This document shows positions 34,360 through 46,689 of a DNA stretch of 64,000 bases, one piece after another. Every line of letters starts with the position of its first letter. Position 1 is the stretch's first letter. Both the position numbers and the translations under genes were made by a program. The notes under the pieces are model-generated. The model did not search any database. It was given only the letters and a program-made list of their open reading frames with translations, and was not told the DNA's origin. Source of the DNA: Convolutriloba macropyga (lineage: Eukaryota). Location: positions 47,988,001 to 48,052,000 of the forward strand of contig NC_134481.1 of assembly GCF_964194025.1 (NCBI RefSeq), read 5' to 3'.

Positions 34360-35560
34360 TATAAATCATCGGTTATATTGGAAAAATTTTACTGATAAGT
34401 CTCTATGAGACCATTTCAACTCTGATGCTATAACACTAATAACTCTTCTTGTTACTACTAGTGCTTGAGAAAGAACACTATCAACAGCAGCAATGAAATA
34501 AAATTTAAGTTTTATTGTTGGTATCCAATGTGATCATTTTTATATCTAGTATCAAATAATTTTATTCTATAACCCATTTTAAATATTTTGCTATCTATAT
34601 ATTGTTACCTATAATCAAGTAATTGATTATCATCTTTATTGAAATTTTTTATACATTTGGATTGCTTTTTCATGATTACTTCTTTAATGATTAATATTGA
34701 CTTTAGCTGCAAGATAGAACTCTTTACCAATCTTGCAAAAACATTCAGTACACTTTTTTATATTGAATATACTAGCTTGATGCTGTCAAACATTAACATT
34801 ATTTTTCTTAATACCAAATAAATACTATATATATTGTAGGTCTCTCCATGCCACTCTTCATCCGAAGATTAAACGAGAAGTTAGTTCCGTTAGTTAAATT
34901 TTATAGAATGTCAACCTTCCATAATAACCCAAATCAACTTTACATTTTTTATTTAACCTTTTTGGTAGCATCATTACTCGGATCTGGTCAATTTATATGC
35001 CAAGATATATCATTCGTTCCAAAATTAGCGTCGGCAGCCACTGCACCAGCATTATTTCTAAATAATGATATATTCTTATTTCTTGTTGAATTTAACTTGA
35101 GTCCCAAAACGTATATAATCTTTTCTAAACCACAAACAGAACCAAGTGGATCACTCATCCTAACCATCATATATATGATCACTTTGACTTGCTACATCAT
35201 ATCTTCTAATCTGGTTATCTGTTTTGCTCTGATCTCTAACAAAACCACTCTCAGTTTAATCAACAGTACAAGTAATAATTTATACTTCAAAAAATTAGGA
35301 TTTAAGTGACCTATATATTCAACCGTTTTCCACAACTTCAAGATTAACTGAACTAAAGAAAGGTAACGCACCATAATAAGCCAATCTTATAGCAGCATCA
35401 TTTGCAAATTCAGCTCCAGCATTATCATTTACATCAAATAGAGTCTCATGTTAAGAATCACGCATATTCAAACAGCTTTTCTCTATTGAGATTGATATTG
35501 AAAAAAGTATTAGTAGTATTTATATTTGATAGATTATTTCGTTTATGTTTTATGATGTTA
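34360..35560 (-). pseudogene. Polinton double-jelly-roll major capsid protein remnant
   Basis: IRLAYYGALPFFSSVNL, VEYIGHLNPNFLKYKLL and LEKIIYVLGLKLNSTRNKNISLFR..DISW match the pattern of Polinton MCPs. Confidence 0.65.
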
Positions 35561-35629
35561 CTTTTCGTATATCAATATTATAACCATGAGTTGTATCTAA
35601 GTTAAGTTTCATTTTTAAACATTAAAAAA

Positions 35630-36350
35630 CGACTGATAATTTATTGTCACAGGAACTACAAAAGGTCAGTTGAGAGTTAACTAAAACTGAAGATGAACAA
35701 AAACTCAATTTTGAAATTGTAAAATCAACAGAAAGATCTAACTTCAAAGAACCAATGCTCAAAATTTCAAAGTTAGGTTTCATTAGATTACCTGTTTTTT
35801 ATTCACTATTCAACATAACTGAAAAGAAAAACACATAAAAACAAAGTGTTTTCTCAGATAAATTGGAACTATCAAGAAACATCATGAAGGTGAAAAATAA
35901 CAGCTGGGTCAAATGAACTCTCTGAAATAGCTCAGATAATAAGAGAACAAACATGTGATTATGTATGCTATAATCAAATCTGATTAAAATACAATGACAT
36001 GTAATATGGGCATTACCAAGAAATTGACTTGGACGTTGATAACTTAAAGTCATTATTACCAAGATATAAGAAGGAGAAAATTTCAACAGGTAAATATTAA
36101 GTTGATAGAAACTTCGATATCATGGGTTTGAATAAAATTAAAATTGACATGTAATATTATATCCGGTACAAAAGTTATGGTAAGGACTGTGGCAATTTAT
36201 TCTTATTCAATTTAATGGAACCACCAGTTTATATGATAACTTTGACAATAACAACAACTTTTTATCGAAATGTCCCGAGAGGAAGAATAGATTAAATTGA
36301 TTGTAATATGAAAAATGAACATGGAAGATCAATTGCTTTAATGGTTATTC
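35630..36350 (+). pseudogene. Polinton minor capsid (penton-like) remnant
   Basis: LNFEIVKSTERSNFKEP..YSLFNITE at the start; FNLMEPPVYMITL..YRNVPRGRID..NEHGRSI at the end. Confidence 0.55.
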
Positions 36351-36369
36351 ATTATTGTTCAATATAAGA

Positions 36370-36680
36370 GTATTAAAAAAATCAATTATAATGTTAATCA
36401 AAATATCAATTATAATATCAATTAATATATCAAATTTAATGTCAATTATAATACTATAACATCAATTATAAAGTTAATCAAATTATCAATTGAGCTGTTA
36501 ATCATAATTTTTAATATACTCCTAATAAAAATATCAATTATAATATCAATCACAATATGAATTAGACTATCATAATTTTAACTATCATATCAATTATAAA
36601 ATGAATGATAACAATTATAACATCAACAGTCATATTAATTATTATATCAATTATATTTCTAATCACTCAATTAACTAAAT
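36370..36680. repeat. Degenerate ~11-12-bp AT-rich minisatellite (atcaattataat)
   Basis: Many tandem variants of atcaattataat / aatatcaatt. Confidence 0.75.
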
Positions 36681-36699
36681 CTTATCATCCCAAATAACT

Positions 36700-37040
36700 C
36701 TTTATTATTTTTTAATTTTCTCAGTGTTAGACAAATTTATTGCCATATATTGCACTGATAACTTTACATCTCTGTTAGAAGAATATATGCAGATTACAAA
36801 TTTCTCTAACAAGTTCTCTATCTTTTGAGGATATAATTTGATTCAGATAGTCCATTTTGCAATTATTATATCTACCTCAAGAGAAACATTACCTAATAAC
36901 TGTTTATTTTGCTCATGCAACATCAAATATTATAATGTTCTGTCCCTTTCTAGTTGACTAGTCAAGTGTAGGTAAAATATTGATATCTTCAAAGAAGGAC
37001 CAACGATACATAAATATCAGAGTATAAAATTCTTATGTTT
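36700..37040 (-). pseudogene. A32/FtsK-like packaging ATPase remnant
   Basis: LCIVGPS (Walker A start, ~37013-36993); S*GRYNNCKMDYLNQ..LVREICNLHIFF*Q matches the RGRH..YLSQ..IRxN..IF motif. Confidence 0.6.
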
Positions 37041-38240
37041 ATATTCCTTAATCTATAAGCCTTACCACATTATCCTGGTTCAAAACATCTTAAGTCTTCT
37101 TGGAATTATATATTACAATCTATGATCAGGGAACCTGCTTCGCAGATATTATTATTATCTGTGTAATCATCCATACTATCTGTAATATTTTTCTATTTCT
37201 TATTTATATTTTNNNNNNNNNNNNNNNNNNNNNNNNNNNNNNNNNNNNNNNNNNNNNNNNNNNNNNNNNNNNNNNNNNNNNNNNNNNNNNNNNNNNNNNN
37301 NNNNNNNNNNNNNNNNNNNNNNNNNNNNNNNNNNNNNNNNNNNNNNNNNNNNNNNNNNNNNNNNNNNNNNNNNNNNNNNNNNNNNNNNNNNNNNNNNNNN
37401 NNNNNNNNNNNNNNNNNNNNNNNNNNNNNNNNNNNNNNNNNNNNNNNNNNNNNNNNNNNNNNNNNNNNNNNNNNNNNNNNNNNNNNNNNNNNNNNNNNNN
37501 NNNNNNNNNNNNNNNNNNNNNNNNNNNNNNNNNNNNNNNNNNNNNNNNNNNNNNNNNNNNNNNNNNNNNNATTATCATTGTTATTATTTTTATTATTTTT
37601 ATCTTTATTATATTTGTTTTTTTTCATATCTATTACCAACGTTATTATCCATATGAACCGTAATTTTAATATCATTTTATATCTGTTTCACAGATACTAT
37701 CATTACTTCTACAGCATAAACAATAACACATTCTGCATGATTGAAGACATTTACGTTGACTAAATACAATATGTACGGCACTCATTATATTGAAGCCATA
37801 ATCAAAAAGATAGATCATATGTAAACATTAAGCACCGCAAAAAATTTGCTCTCTTGTATTCTTTCGTCAACGTAATTGCTGCGTAGTATAATAGATCCTA
37901 GATTAACAAATTGTTGGAAGAATTTTAGTGGTATCTCTAAATCAAAATTGTGAAGTTAATCAACCTATTCTTATAACTAAATCCCTATGTGTACCATAAA
38001 GTGGATGTCAATTATGAGTATCATTAAAATCGGGCAGATTAATATTTTTTGGTTTTTGATCTCTCATTACTCTTTCAATTGGTCATTAGCTTTTGTCACC
38101 AACTATTTTCTCTATTTCGATATCACTCATAACCGTTTTCTTAAAGCCATATCTAATATTAATTTATTCTAATGTTAATATGATTCTTTTTATAAAAAGA
38201 AAAAACCGTTTTCAGCAATAAAGTTTTTTTATAGCATAAG

Positions 38241-38243
<3 letters not shown>

Positions 38244-38282
<39 letters not shown>
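38244..38282. repeat. (AT)n microsatellite
   Basis: About 19 AT units. Confidence 0.98.
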
Positions 38283-38285
<3 letters not shown>

Positions 38286-38899
38286 TCGAAAAGAACGCAA
38301 AATTCGTTGGAAAATGTAAAGTTTATGAAGAGAAACCACACCAAAAAAGAATATAAATATGAAAAATCACGACTACATACTATTGTCTAAGGTGCAAGTG
38401 GTAATGCAAAACATTTTTTACTGAACAACATTAAGAAGAATAGTCGAAAACTCTAACGCTAACGCCGACGATGGTGAAACATGGCAGGCCCATTATTATT
38501 ACTATCTACAAAGCAGCGTCGCTTATAACAACAACATTCTAAATGATTCAAAGACCGAAGATGTTTTTCATTATAGCAACAACATTCTCAGTGACACTAA
38601 TAGCAATTATGAAATTCACAACAGCATTGTCAATGGTACTAACACTAATGATGAATATAGCTATAACAGACATTCTCACCAATATCAACACCAATGGTGA
38701 ACATAAGTACAACATGTTGAAGGGTACCAACACCAAGGATCAATATAACTACAACAACATCATTCTCACTAATACTAAAACCAATAATTACACTAACAAT
38801 AATAATAACTCTAACAATAACAGTTACACCACATTTGAAGATTGTACATACAAATCAAATTCGGAACATCACATATTGAAGATCACACTAAGAAAAATA

Positions 38900-39275
38900 G
38901 ATCAGAGATCAGAACTTGTATTATAGTACATAGTGGTTTGGTTGATAAATTAAATAGTGGCATAAGTGAATGCTTTACAACAGGTAGACATAACAAACTA
39001 CATAAAACAATAATGTGTCATAAACTAGCACAACTAAATAATACATCTAGAGCGATTAAAAATACTAATCATAACAGAACTAAAACTAACAATGCATTCT
39101 TCAAAAGTTTCAATGAGACCTATAAATAAAACAATAAAGTCTTTGAAATAGGTAACGAGTATGAATATGCTATTAGTAAATATGAACCAAAAGATTATTC
39201 AGTTATTGCTATCGATAAAGATAGAAATATAAATACTGACTATAAAGTAGATGAATTAGATAAAAAAAGCTTGTA
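38900..39275 (+). pseudogene. Second ATPase-like remnant (A32-type C-terminal half)
   Basis: IIVHSGLVDKLNSGISECFTTGRHNKLHKTIMCHKLAQL: degenerate Walker B followed by the GRH arginine-finger and sensor motifs. Confidence 0.45.
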
Positions 39276-41449
39276 GCTTAAAATAATCATTATTTATTGA
39301 TGAACAAGTAATAAAAAAAATTAAAGCTAAGAATGATAAATGATGTTATTGAAAACATTATTGATAAGAACGATTGAAATTTCAATTTCTGTAAATTTAA
39401 AGATATTAAGATTCATTATGATGTAGCGAGTTAAGTTTCTAGCGATAGGCGAGTTTTGGAAGATTTGGTAGATGGTCATCACAATTTATTAGTACCATTG
39501 GTGGTGTATCAATGATATGTCTTTCTGCATCATATGGATGGTGTTAGAATAGTTTGTCACGTAGCTAATTGAGCAAGTAAAGTCCTATACAAAACTGATA
39601 AGTTTGCTAACAGAGGTGATGGCTTAAATTAACAATTAAGTAAACAATTAAACGAACAATTGTACGAACAAATAAATTTAGAAAAAACTGAACAATCAAA
39701 AGAGAAACCAAGTAAACAATCAAGGGAGCAATTGATCTTAGGTATTTCTGAAAAAAATTCTAGGAAGAAGACTGAATGTTTAAATATTGAGGGTAATAAA
39801 TGTCTACATTATTTATTGAAAAATAAAAAATACTAAAAATATTAAAATGTATGTATTAACCAACTCTACTAAACAGCGGCAAAAACACTCCTAACAAACT
39901 GCTTATATCAAGAGATCGTGTTAATAATATAATTAAAATTTTATCTAACAATAATTGAACTGTTTTGATTGTGGTAAAGAAAGAGCTGGATATTTTCAAA
40001 TAAAAAAGCTATTATAAAAACAATCATAAGGCTTTTATTACTAATTTTCAATGTGGGTAGATCTTAGTTAATTTTACCTGTTTTAAAAGTTGTTGTATTA
40101 CTAAACGAAAACGCCAATAATCTTCAGAGTAGCTTCGCCGATGAGACGTATGTTTGAATCATCAATCCTAACACAAAATAACACTCGTAATAAACCAACA
40201 TTCCCGACAATCAGGGCACATAATAACATTAACAAAAATCCTACCAACAACAATAACAAAAAAAATTATCATAACAATAAATTTGTCAATACAATAACAC
40301 TAGCCGTAAAACTATCAATCTGCTATTGATTAGGAAAAAATACATTTCGATGTTAATTGATACTCAAGTAAAAAGAACAATTAGAAAAAACCTAAATGTA
40401 CATATTGTACCAAATGTTTAGATAGAACTATATCAAATATGCATACTAAATAGTTATATCCCGTTGAATTATGCAAATATTTTGGCTTATTGTAAATCAA
40501 GTAGTAGTTGTTGTTGTTGGTCTAATCTTTTATATCAATTAGATATAAAAAATACTCATATTAACAAATTTCACGAATTCTTAAATCAAAGCTTAAGCAT
40601 ATTCTTAAGTCTCAATAAGCTAAAAAAAACAGATTACTACCTAGATATGTACTTTCGACATATTTTTCTTAAGTATATGCTTAATTATATGAAGCAAAAT
40701 GTATGCTTAAGTATACATTGATATTCTAACATTGATTTTTTTTATAACGTTGATATCTTATAACATTGATATTTTGTGTGACCTCGGTAATTTTATAACA
40801 TGAATTTTTTGTAACAAAAAAGTTTGGTTTTTTAACAACAATATTATCTTTAACTATAATTATCATAACTATAATAATATATATTCAATAACATAAAAAC
40901 AACCTTTACAATAAATATCAATAAATCAACTCTGAATTTTATAATTAAATTCATATTTGAAAGTTTCATCTCTAGTCTTTCTATATCCATATCTGTGAAA
41001 ACATACACAAATGCTGCATTTTGTTTACATAAATTGATTGAAGGATATGTTTCTTAAAATAAAATACATATAATAAGAGTTTTGAAATAAACCCGGCTAT
41101 ACTGTTTTTCCAATTGTTGGACATAATATTTGACTTTTGTTTTTTCTATGTCATCTCATAATTTTAAGATTTCTACATCTGAACCATTGTCCCAATTTTG
41201 TCTCCAGGCTTTTTACATTTATCACAGTTTATTTTTGTTTTTAAAAATTTTACGTAAAAAAACACAAGGTGTCACACACAGCTAGTGGAATTGTGTCTAT
41301 GCAATAGGTCTTTTGTGTTTGTGAAAACAATTTTCAACTCAGAGAGGAAAATATTCAGACATCAGTTGACTGATAAAATAATCAAAATTATAAGTCATAA
41401 TATAGTCATAATATAACTTCAATAGAAAAAGAAGAAGAAAAGTAAGAGT

Positions 41450-44400
41450 TTATTACAGAATCTATTTGTTTTGGCAGGCAGTTATATTTTAGAGATAGTG
41501 AGAAAACGTTAATGACTTAAATCAAGTGATTAATGCAATTAATAATACTGAATCAAGTTGAACAATTGATTCAATCATTTAGTTGGGTTAAGGTTTAAAA
41601 ATATAAGATCACAGCTCATTATAAAAATAAGAAAGGATCAAATTATGTTAAAAGAGACTTTCGAAGTGAATAAATAAAAATTAGTTATACACATCTGAAG
41701 ACCCATCAGACGCTAGAGATTTTGATCATTTGTTAAATTTTGAAGTAGAGACTAATGTTGGTTCTAATTTTGATTATGGTTTTTTAGATGTAATAAATTT
41801 ACAGTTATATGTTGTACCAATTAAGGCATCTATGGGATCTTATATTGCGATACCAGATAAACTAAGAAATAAAAATCCAGCAAATTTGAACTATTGAACA
41901 GTAAAGACACAATCGTTTGCCATTGATTCTTTCAGCTGCATAAAATTAGTTGCAACTTGTGAAACTAAATATATATTAATAGTTTAAACATTCCATGGGA
42001 AAACGAAATCTATATTATTACTGAATGATTATTTTATTAAAATACCATTGGAATACAACCTTTATATGTGGCATAAATAACTAAGTGAAAAGTTTAAATA
42101 ACAATAAAATTGATTTCTCAAGAAGGACTTTTGACATAAGAAAAGAGGGACAAGATTTTAGAATATTGGTTTGGAGTGGTCACTCTGCATGAATTGGGTA
42201 TCCAGATGGTTTATTCGAATGAGCGAGTACTAACAAATGTATGGTATGGCATTGACATAGATGTACAAGTTCGTAAAGATCATAGAGTAAAAATGAGGAA
42301 CGTCTCTGTGGTCAAATATTTAGCCCTAATTTTGTTCTGGAAAGAATGAGAATAGTTTCATGAATGAGCACTAAAGACAATAGATAAAAGATGTTACATA
42401 TAGCATGGCAGAAGATATTTGTGTAAATATAGAGTCAATAACAGTAAATATATAGTTTATGAACATGTACCAAAAAAGTGGGACACAAAAACAGTTACAT
42501 AAGAAAAGAGGGACGAGATGTTAGAATATTGGTTTGGAGTGGTCACTCTGCATGAATTGGGAATTCAGAAGGTTTATTAGAATGAGCGAGTACTAAAAAA
42601 TGTATGTTATGGCATAAAAGATGTTATATATAGCAATGCAGAAGATATTTGTGTAAATATAGAGTCAATAAGCAGTAAATATATAGTTTATGAACATGTA
42701 CCAAAAAAAGTGGGCTGGTTGATTGGTGAAGAATACCAGGATTTTTAAAAATAGATTGTATTTAAAGATGTGCTGTTGACTTACTAAAGATCGCTAAATT
42801 AAATAATTACATAATTAAAATATAACATATCATACCAGCAAGAATGATTGTAACATATGTAATTTCAGATATAAGCGCCAAAACATCATACCAGTAATTT
42901 TTTCACAATGGTATTAGCAATGACTTTAGCTAAAATTTGGAGTGATCTTTAAACAAAACAATGATAAATGAAAAGACCTTATCCGTAATACTTATGACCC
43001 AAAACTGGTAATTCTGAAGCCTAGTATTGAGTATTGATTGTTTAATATTCAGTGATAGTCATAACTTCTTAACAAAATCTCTTGATCAGCTACCTAAAAC
43101 ATACGGACGTAAAACAAGAACAATATATTCATAAGAATACTTTGGAATATGAGATTACGATGAATTTATAGATAATCTAAAAAATATTTCAAATTATTAC
43201 TATTTGCCACCACAGGAGCAATTTGATGAATTTAGTAAACTGATTCGATATTAAACTGGAGTTGAAATTACATTGGAATAATCAGAGATTGATATTTATA
43301 ATTATTAATTTATTGCTTTAATGAATATGTTAAGCTTAGTATGCGAGAATGTGGTGTTAATCCATTGCATCATGTCCGTCATCCTGCTGACACTAATGAT
43401 TGTTGGATAAGGTCCAGTAGAATTAAATTGGATACAGTACAAAGTAAACAATTGTTTGATGAATTCAGTAAAGGTAAAAGTGATGCCATACAAAGCCAGG
43501 AAATTGAAGGTAGGAGACTATGGCATATATGTGCTGAAATATTAAATGGTTTAGCGCTAATGCAAAGAATAAGAGAGTTGATTTAGTAATAATATTTGCA
43601 AGTGATGATGGTGAATATGATAATTGGTTGTTCCTGATAGTGAATTTGTCCTGATAGTGAGTTTGTCTGAAACGAGAGCAAGAAGCCAGCCACTAACGCC
43701 ATTTAAGAAAAAGATTTAATATCATAAATTGGGATATAACAAAAGACTGAGGGCTGGCTGTAAAAATGACAGGCTGATATTTGATCAAAACAAGAAATTT
43801 GAGTATGTTGTACATTTTTGATTGCTAAAATTTTATGTATCTATAGATTTAAACATAACTAAAACACATAGAGCCAAAAAAACTAAAGAGGACAACATTA
43901 TAAGAGATTAAATTCAAAATAATACTAACTAGAGAGCATTACAGAAAAAAGATGCCGAAAACAAAGATGTGAAAACTATTGAAAAAAATGAACGACTCTC
44001 CATTTGGAAGAGCACGTATAAATGCCTCAAAAGTTAGTCAGGCTAAACTCTTATAAGATGAATGAACGATAATGAAAAGTGTTAGGAAACCATCATGATT
44101 GAATGTAACTAAGGATGAGGAACATAGAGTGGTTCAATACACGAAAAAACGCTAGATTTTGATGAACCTGTTTATCTTGATACTGGTGTTTTAGAATTAT
44201 TCAAAGTACATGAATTCCTCCTAGATGTACCTGCACCCAATTTTAAAGATCTATTTTCAAATTATATGGATAATGCTAGTTTCACATTGAGTTTTATTGA
44301 TAGTAATATTGATAATAAATAATTCATCTAAGTAATCTTGACATACCAGACAATATCAGCAATGATGATCCTGGTAAGTTTGAACATGATCTTGGTAGTA

Positions 44401-44680
44401 AGGTTATAGATGAGATCATAACAATTCACCAAAAAATATTAATTTATTTGTGGATCTAAAGAAAAAGAAAGGATTCTAAAGAACTAATCAAAGTAACACG
44501 TTGATTACTATTTTGCGCTAATGCATGATACAGAAAGAGTTAATACCTATCATAGATTACAAAAGACAGATGATAAAGTTGTTTCAACGAAACATACCAA
44601 GAGAAATTAAAAACATGTGACGTCAAAGGACTTTATGAAAATAATTTGTAGGTTAACCACATGATAAGATATACTACTTA
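41450..44680 (+). pseudogene. Protein-primed family B DNA polymerase remnant (Polinton type)
   Basis: GSNF..VPIKASMGSYIAIPDKLRNK (~41760-41870), IIPVIFHNGISND (~42885; exo II), FSDSHNFLTKSLDQL (~43048), SPFG (~43997; NS.FG), FDEPVYLDTGVLEL (~44158), YMDNASF (~44264; YxDTDS), PGKFEHD (~44370). Confidence 0.75.
42136..42712. repeat. Local duplication within the PolB fossil (second copy carries a deletion)
   Basis: cataagaaaagagg..tagaatattggtttggagtggtcactctgcatgaattggg at ~42135 and ~42498; atagtttatgaacatgtaccaaaaaa occurs twice. Confidence 0.9.
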
Positions 44681-45399
44681 TTTAGAAAAGATAAATGAAG
44701 TATGGTAATAAATTCGGATATGGAGAAAAACAGTGGTAATAGATAATATTCAGAATATGAATTTCGATATAGAAGATGCAATCTGTTTTTTTATGACTTG
44801 CAGGGTTTAATAAAACTTAAGCATACACATCATGTTTCTTTTCATTAGACGGGTTAACTTCAGGTTTAAGTTAAGTTTTTGTAGTTCCAGTACCCTTAGT
44901 AGTTTAAATACAATCATCTCTGATGGTGATAAACTTTTAATAATTGGATTATATTTTGAAGTCGCCTTTTTGATTTTTTAATTTTTTAAAATGTCACAAT
45001 TACAAAATTTTAGAAAACTATTCATTTTTTTTGGTGGTAGACAATATTCTGGTACCACTATTAAAAAATGACAGTACCTGATGTTGTTATTAAGCAGAAA
45101 TCTTAAAAGAATTTTTAAAAAGTTGCTGAAGCAGCAGAAAAATTTGGAGTAAAAGTTGCCAATAATCCAGTAAGCGCGTTTGGGATAGCTAGTAATATTT
45201 CTAAATGATTTAATCAAATTGTTACAATTGGTGAAAGTATAGAAGAAGTAGAAAGAAAAGCAAGCAAGAGAGTTATATCCAGGTGAAAAGAAAAATAAGG
45301 TCGAGAACCTGCTTCGCAGACTTTTATTTATATTATCACTTCATCTTTTTAATATTATTTATCTATCTGGTTATAAAAATACTGATCCTATTGTTAGTA

Positions 45400-46450
45400 A
45401 ATTATTAATTTTCCTAAATACTCCTATCTTTAATTTAACAAAACAATTATTATAACCTATTTCTCGTGTTCTTCCTATAGTCCTAATATACGCAAACTAA
45501 AGCATTATACTCATTATTCTCTATTCCAATAGCGTTCATTGACTAAGTGTATAGATTACTTAACTTATTACTAAACTATTTAGTTTGAGCAAAAATCTCT
45601 GGTGGTTTAGTTTCCTTCTTGGTTAAATATTAATTGTTTGTGATAGTGATCGACATACAGTTGCTGTTGTAAATGCTGTTGGTACTGAGCAAGTTATTCC
45701 TGTTCCTGTTATTGCAACGGATGCTTTTGTTGCAGTTGTTGCCATTGAGGATAATAATTATTCTATTATTTCATCTGTGTTAATATGAGTTTTATGTCTC
45801 CTAAATTTGTTAATGTAATTTTACGTTTCAGTTTCATAATAAACTTGAATACCCTTTGTTAATAAAGTTTTTTGCTAGGTTTTTCTCATTTATAATAAGT
45901 TCTGAAATAGTTGAAAGATTTGGAGTATGTTGTGATTTTTAATCAGCGAAGCTTCTACGCAGCAAAAGTGGTGGTGCTGTTTGTTGAGCCATTTTCTAGA
46001 GGAGAGAAACAGCTTTGAATTTTTTATAGGGTCTTGATTGAAGTCATAATCCATCTCTAATCTTACTTGTTCTTTGTTGTCAACTAATTTACTTTCAAGT
46101 AATTTTGCAAAAATGTGTTCAATTGTTGGATTTCTATTTATTAGATTTTTATTTTTTTATTCTCTCAATCCTCGAGTAAGTATATCATCTAAATGACTAT
46201 TAGTTACATTTTGATTACAACTATTATTATCAAACTCTTTTTTATTAATTTTATTAATACTATCACCACCAAATATATTGACAAATTCAATTAAATTGTT
46301 GTCAGCTTCAGCAATTTCTAAAGATAAGGGAACTAAATTGTTTGAGTTTTTAGCTATTTCAACAAATGTTTTATCATCAAACGAATATGTGGGAAATGAA
46401 AAATATATGTATTTAATTGACCTGTTGTAAGCTCTTTAAATGTTTCTTTT
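45400..46450 (-). pseudogene. Polinton accessory gene remnants, including a predicted membrane protein
   Basis: LLSSMATTATKASVAITGTGITCSVPTAF hydrophobic small-residue segment (~45760-45670); adjacent interrupted ORF KTFVEIAKNSNNLVPLSLEIAEAD. Confidence 0.4.
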
Positions 46451-46689
46451 CGTAATTTGTATACATTTACTTAATATAATGATTATTTACAGGATTTTAT
46501 TAATTTATTTTTACAATGCTTTTTTTAATAGCATCCTCAACATTAGTAGGAGTAGAGAATTTCTGAAAAATGTTTTTTATTCATATTAAACTTTCATTAT
46601 CTTCCAAGAGTAAGTGTTGCACTTTACTTGTTGTTAGATTGTTTGCCGGTTATTAAAATATTATATTATGCCTGGTTGATTCTGATTTT

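Larger units (their letters stand above)
34360..46560. mobile_element. Fossil Polinton/Maverick (adintovirus-like) element
   Basis: Co-located remnants of major capsid, minor capsid, packaging ATPase(s), protein-primed PolB and a membrane-protein gene; very AT-rich. Termini, integrase and protease were not identified. Confidence 0.75.
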
